A stretch of 64,000 nt of DNA. Origin: Setoptus koraiensis (taxonomy: Eukaryota; Animalia; Arthropoda). Each line of letters starts with the position of its first letter. Position 1 is the stretch's first letter. The translations under genes were made by a program, and so were the position numbers. The stretch covers positions 4,774,001 through 4,838,000 of the forward strand of contig CM106585.1 of assembly GCA_048013815.1 (NCBI GenBank), in the 5' to 3' direction. Positions 58,601 through 64,000 of the stretch are shown piece after piece. Below the pieces are notes generated by a model. It had not been told where the DNA came from and searched no databases. It was given only the letters and a program-made list of their open reading frames with translations.

Positions 58601-61600
58601 AGTCGGGCCGGCCGTCGGGCCGATATTTGGCGACGTGCGGCAAATCAGTGCGGGCGCAAGCGTGAGTCGGATCGGTCAGATTCATGCGCAACTCGCGCCG
58701 CTGGCTCAAGCTGTCGATCAATGCGCCTAAGCGCCCTCGTCTCGCCCTTGTCTTACCCAATTCGCCATTTCGCCGTTTCGCCATATGCCGCGTCCAGATA
58801 ATTTCGCCTTTTTTCATGCCCGCTCGGGCCCGCCGCCGGCCGGCTGTCCGACAAACGGGCTTCGTGCGTCGCAGCTCGTGGCGCCTTTGGCGGCACTGTG
58901 CGACCGGTCGCGAGCGACCGGTCGCCGCTCTAGGGCGACCCGCAATCGATCGGGGCACGCAAGTGGCGCGACCGCGGAACCGGACTCGGAATGTCAGCGA
59001 CTCGCTCGCGTGTCGGGCGCAACGCTCTTTTTGAGCGGCTGCCCGAGCGACAGCGCGGGCCGCCCGAGCGGGCACAGCCGTGCAAGTTCAAGATTCCTGC
59101 ATTGATCTCGTTGATTTGTCCTGACTACGGCGAGCCAAGAAGCCATATTTTGGCCTTTGCGTCGAGTGTCCACACACCAGCGCGTCCATTCGCGTTGCTG
59201 CAAACACCAAAAGAGTTATTATTTCCAGTGTCCAGTTCGAATAACAACCGGGCCGATCGGGCCCCAATTCGGCCACATTATAATACAATATGTGGCTGAC
59301 ATATGGCGCCCACTTGGCCCTCGCCTGGCGGCCGGCCGTGTGCGCGCTGGCCGCCACTTTTAATTAATAAGCTCTTTGTGGGCCCCTCAAGGTGGCTCGG
59401 TGAGGCCCGCCGGCCGGCCGCACTCAATCCGATGATATTGCAGTGTGTAATCGGAAACCAGCGAATATATGCATAAATATTTGGCGCGCCGTCATTTCAA
59501 CAATACTATTCACGGCACATTGGCGGCAGCCAGTGGCATTTACGGTCAGCGGCCAGCGGCCAGCGGCCAGCGGCTAGCGGCCATGGCCGGCATTAATTCA
59601 GGCTAGCGGGGGCCATAAATGGCACCGGCGCGACAAGTGTGGCTCGCAACAATGCCGCCACCGGCAACTATTGGGGCCAGCAGCGAGAGTTGCGCCAATA
59701 GTGGCCGGGCCCCAATAGTCGCATGAATGAAATACATTATTATAATATCTTATCCGGTCTTGGCGAGCCAGCGGGCGCTCGGCGAGCGTGCATTCGATGG
59801 ACCATTTCTATTGAAAAGAAATTTTATCTCCTTGGAGGGAGCCATTCTTTTGTGTGCGACTCTTGCCCGGTTCCTCATTTCCATGGCACAATGGCCAATG
59901 TTATTATCGCTATTTTAGCATCTCTTTGTCGATGTCTTTATTGTTGTTGTTGCCGTTTTCGCTATTACCGCCGCCGCCGCCGCCGCCGCCGTCGTCGTCG
60001 TTGTTGCCGTTGTTGCTGTTGTTGCCGTCGTTGTTGTTATACAGTAGTATGTATGCAGTGGTTGGCGCCACTGTTGTTGCCACTCTGCTCCATATCCGTC
60101 CGCCGCATTCTTGGCGGCGCTGATTATCGGGTGTCCAAGGATTTCCGCCAACCAGGGGGCGGTTCGGCGCCGTGAACAACTGCCCAAACAACGAACCGTC
60201 AGCGAACGATTCGTGATTTGACGGCCGGGCGCCTCCCATTGCGGGCTGCCCGTCATGCCGGCCCAACGCACCAGCAAACGCACCCAAACAGAGGTGCGCC
60301 AGCACTAATCGCTCACGCCGCCACGGGCCCCATTCATGGAGGCGCGCGTCTGGATTGATCCGCACGAAATCTGTGCCTGGCCACTGGCCAACGGAGCGAC
60401 ATGCAACATACCTCAACCATTTAATATTTTCTCATTTTCCACCCTATTCCACTCTGATTGTTGCTAGAAATTACTCAAAGCAAATCGATTGAAACAAGTC
60501 CGTCACAGCTAATTGGCTATGCTGCAAAAGCTGCAACAACAAGTGCCTTGGCGACTCGCTTGGCGCCCGGCGACTTAAGCCCCGCGCCAATTCTATAATC
60601 CGGCCTTGCGCGAGTTTTATCCGGCCGGCCCCTGGCTGGATGAAGACTTACGACTGTGCGCTGTTGGCCAGCGAGAACATTTTCAGCTCGCCAGTGATTA
60701 ATGTGCAGGCCCAACACGCCAGCCGAAACGGGCGAGGGGGGGGGGCGCCATTAGTGGCAGCAGAAGCTGCAGCACAGTCCCCCCGGTCGAATCATTACTG
60801 ATGATTATCAGTCCAGATAAAGCGCTTGGCCCCAGTATTTCCGAAGAATGTTCAATTGCAATTAGGGCGCCGCCGGGCCAGAGCCAAGTTTGCGCATTTG
60901 ATGGCCGCAATACCATCAAATGCGCGACCCAACGAATGGTGGCGTGTATGTGGCATCGGCATAAACAAACAGTGTTCGTTTTGTGCCAAATGACACAAAT
61001 TATTATTGCGTAACAGTAGCAAAAATGTCTGGCCTTCGCCAGCTCAACTCTTGCATGTCGGAATGCAGTCCGCCAGTCTGTCTGGCTGTCTTGGCAAAGT
61101 TGTGTGTCAATATAGGAGCAGAGGGACAGGGGCACTAATTTATCTGTGAGCGGTCACAGATTGTAGATTTTGAATAATTACCAGAGCACCAGAGGCCAGC
61201 GGAACAGACGGCCCCTTGAACGAAATTCTTGTGAGAAATCGGCCATCGCCAATTTGAAGCGGCTGGCCAGTGGCGAAAGTTGTCGGTCGATTCGGCGACA
61301 TGGCGAGTCGGCGACACTGCGAAAGTCGGCGATCGTTCGTACCCGAACAAATACGTCTCCGAGGACGCGTTTGTCGGGTTTGTTCGGCCCAGATTATCGG
61401 GTCGAGCCGGCGAGCGTTTTCGCGAGCTGCACTTAGAGTCGCCGCCGGCCAACGAAACGGCTGAGAGTGCCGGATTCACTCTCATTTACAAAAACCCAGG
61501 AAGCTCTCATGTGATTTCGGTGCGACCGAAACCGAACTGCCCGCCACTGGGCAGTCTCAATCGGCCTGAAAAGTTTCCAGTGGCAACTTCGGCACGGCAA

Positions 61601-63732
61601 CCTGCAAACTTGCAGGCCGATGCCGGGTTGCTTAAAACTCGACTCGTTCGACCCAGCCACGGCAGCAAAATATCCGAACCACGGCAGCAAAATATCCGAA
61701 CTAATTCGGCGGACGCAACTGCGAGACAACCGACACCGGAACGGACTCGCCTGAATGAGCTGTTGAGCGTTTCGGGTCCGATTTCGGCACAAAGTTCGGC
61801 ACAAATTTCGGCACCGATTGCGGCACCGATTTTGGCGCATTCACCAGTGCGCCTGATCGAGCAGCGCCGGCTCGGGTGAACTTTTGCGCGACCGGATCCG
61901 GTCGTCGCTGGTTCGGGGTCCATTTTTGATGATCCCGAAATGAATAATTGAGATATTTCCGCGGGCTTCCCGCGCCGGCCGACGGCGACAACATCGTCGC
62001 AATATCTCAGGGGCTTCAGCGGACCGTCTCGAGCCCGAGCGGGGCCAGCCGGCGAACGGCCACTGGCGGCGAATAGTGGCGCATTATTAAGCAGACCAGG
62101 ACTAATAAACTGTGATGGCTTCATATGTGTCAAGTCGCTGCCGGCGAGCGTTGCTCTGATTTCCGAGAAAAAAGTCGCGCTCGAAATTCATTTCGAGCGA
62201 TTGATTTGTGGCGCCCACTCGACTTGATACAGTGACTGTGTGCAAACATGTCGTCACATTAATTAGAGCTCGTGTGTGTCGCACGAGCAAACTAGACGAT
62301 GGGCCTAGATGAGATAAGATTGCCGCGCCATCGTGTGCCATCGTCTGGTCATTTATCGGGGGCGCCGGGCCGGCCCGACATGTCGTGCGGGTCGGCCATA
62401 TGATTCATATAAATGAGACAGTTTATTTCTTGGTTCGCTTTATTTGATTTTATGCGTTTGCGGCGCCGTCCCCGAGGGCCAAATGCCCGCTCGTGGCAAC
62501 TAGTCGGATATATCGCGCGACCGCCGCATGTCAGGCCCGACGGGAAGCCCCGAGCGAAGTTGTTTGTCGGGCTGCCGCCGCCGGTGTCGGCGAGGCTCAT
62601 TTGGGCTCGCGGGCCTCATCTTTGGCGCGCCGATATATCCGACGGCGACCGGCGGCACCCGACGGCAACCGACTGTAAACTCTCACGACCATCTGTTATG
62701 CGGCGCTGTGGTTGTCGCCCATCGGCGTTAATCACGTCGCCGCATATTATTTACCATTGCATACGCGCCCGTCTGGGCATAGTGGCGCAGTGCCAATAAC
62801 AGGTGCGGGCACGAATACCGTCGGCGCAGTTTCCGTTCGCGCGCGCGCGCCCGCTCGCCATTGTCGGGAAATAGGCTCACAGGAAATAAGCTCGCGCCCA
62901 CGGTGATGACCTTTTTCGGATGGCGCGCGGTTGAAATATCGGGGCCCCCGAACGTGGGGGGCGCCGCCACTGCGACGTCTGTCTCATTACGATCACCGCT
63001 AAGTGTGATCGCTAAAAGTGCGCGCCCTAAAGGAGCGCATTAGATTAGTGCACTTAATTACAATTAGCCCCATTTCGCGTGCGCGTGTCTCGTCTACATG
63101 TTAACAGTGTGCGGGTGTCTCGTCAGCCTGGCCGCCGGTGCGGCCCGCATGCCCGATGCAAATACCCGACGCGGCGGATGCGCCCGTCACTCCGAAACCG
63201 TTGTGTGGTGCGGTGCGGCCGCCTGTCGTGTCATCGGCGAAACATTAATAATCAATTAATCAGCGCTGGTCAGTGGCCTAGCCAAGTGTCCTGTCGAGGG
63301 GGGGGGGCGCCGCCAGTCGCAATCGAAGAAATACTGCCACTGGCTACCTTCGGGGGGCCGCTGCCGCCGGCGCGCTCTGCCTATCCGACGATCCGATGCA
63401 CCAATGAACCAATTTTCATCCGACAGTCAATTGTGGCACGAGAAAAATAAAACATGCCCCAGGCTGGCCCCGCCGACCCGGGCGCCCAGAGCCCGTTCCG
63501 CGGGCTCATTGTGCGCCGCAAGTGCAAAATTGGGCCCAATCAGGCGAACTCGCGACTCGCCAGATTATGCGACCGACTGCGCGAGCTTGCGACTTATATG
63601 CGATTTTTTTCCGCGAACAACATTCAGATTACTCGAACATCGAGCGTTGGAGTCTCGAAGGCATTTTCGGCGACGATTCGGCTCGCCGCGCCACCAATCA
63701 GGCGACCGATCTCGCCAGTTTGCAAATTGCAA

Positions 63733-63850
63733 CTCGAATATCCGCCGCACTGTGAGACTCGAATGTCCGCCGCACTGTGAGGCTCGAATATCCGCCGCAC
63801 TGTGAGACCCGAATATCCGCCGCACGGTGCTACTCGAATATCCGCCGCAC
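63733..63850. repeat. 25-bp tandem minisatellite, about 4.7 copies
   Basis: Unit CTCGAATATCCGCCGCACTGTGAGA starting at 63733, 63758, 63783, 63808 and 63833, head-to-tail with no spacers. Confidence 0.92.
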
Positions 63851-64000
63851 GCTCATCCCGGCGTGCATACTTGCCGCCATCAACCCGCGATGCTCGTGCA
63901 GTCTCGGGCTCTTGTGCCGCGCGCCGCAAAACCCCGATACCTGTGCGGAAAAGTCGGCCCGATTAACGCGAGCCGGTTAACCGGCCCGGTGGCCCGGTCG

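Noticed and set aside
49482-63850. CRISPR-like arrays at 49.5 kb and 63.7 kb
   Set aside because: The repeats are head-to-tail or irregularly spaced with no unique equal-length spacers, there are no cas genes, and the context is eukaryotic.
55630-64000. ORFs of up to 221 aa downstream of the GPR158-like exon
   Set aside because: None encodes the expected continuation (G.D...IDQC or 7TM) or any known motif; treated as intron.

Overview
Eukaryotic genomic DNA with GT-AG introns and animal housekeeping genes. The gene set and intron poverty suggest a small-genome arthropod, most like an acariform (possibly eriophyoid) mite; the taxon is an inference. The window has two halves. 1-42 kb is AT-rich, gene-dense and intron-poor: HSD17B12-like SDR with a tandem pseudogene, MDH1, a prag01/COX7B-like protein, MTCH, kinesin light chain, a 5-exon PAN/apple membrane protein, a complete but divergent type I fatty acid synthase, a RUN-less Rubicon, an orphan secreted protein, SGT, DNAJC16 and a gustatory-receptor-like 7TM protein with a 70-codon polyQ tract. 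Within it, 28-33 kb is a duplication graveyard: a Rubicon-SGT block occurs twice, 4810 bp apart, with reciprocal loss, and decayed APIP and DFR-like genes lie between the copies. 42-64 kb is GC-rich, microsatellite-rich and mostly non-coding. It holds the first coding exon of a GPR158-like class C GPCR and, upstream of it, seven perfect PAR-bZIP (Vrille/PDP1-type) sites. One hAT-like MITE and one perfect 40-bp palindrome were found. No rRNA, tRNA, CRISPR array or autonomous transposon was recognised. All family assignments come from motif recall, not database searches.
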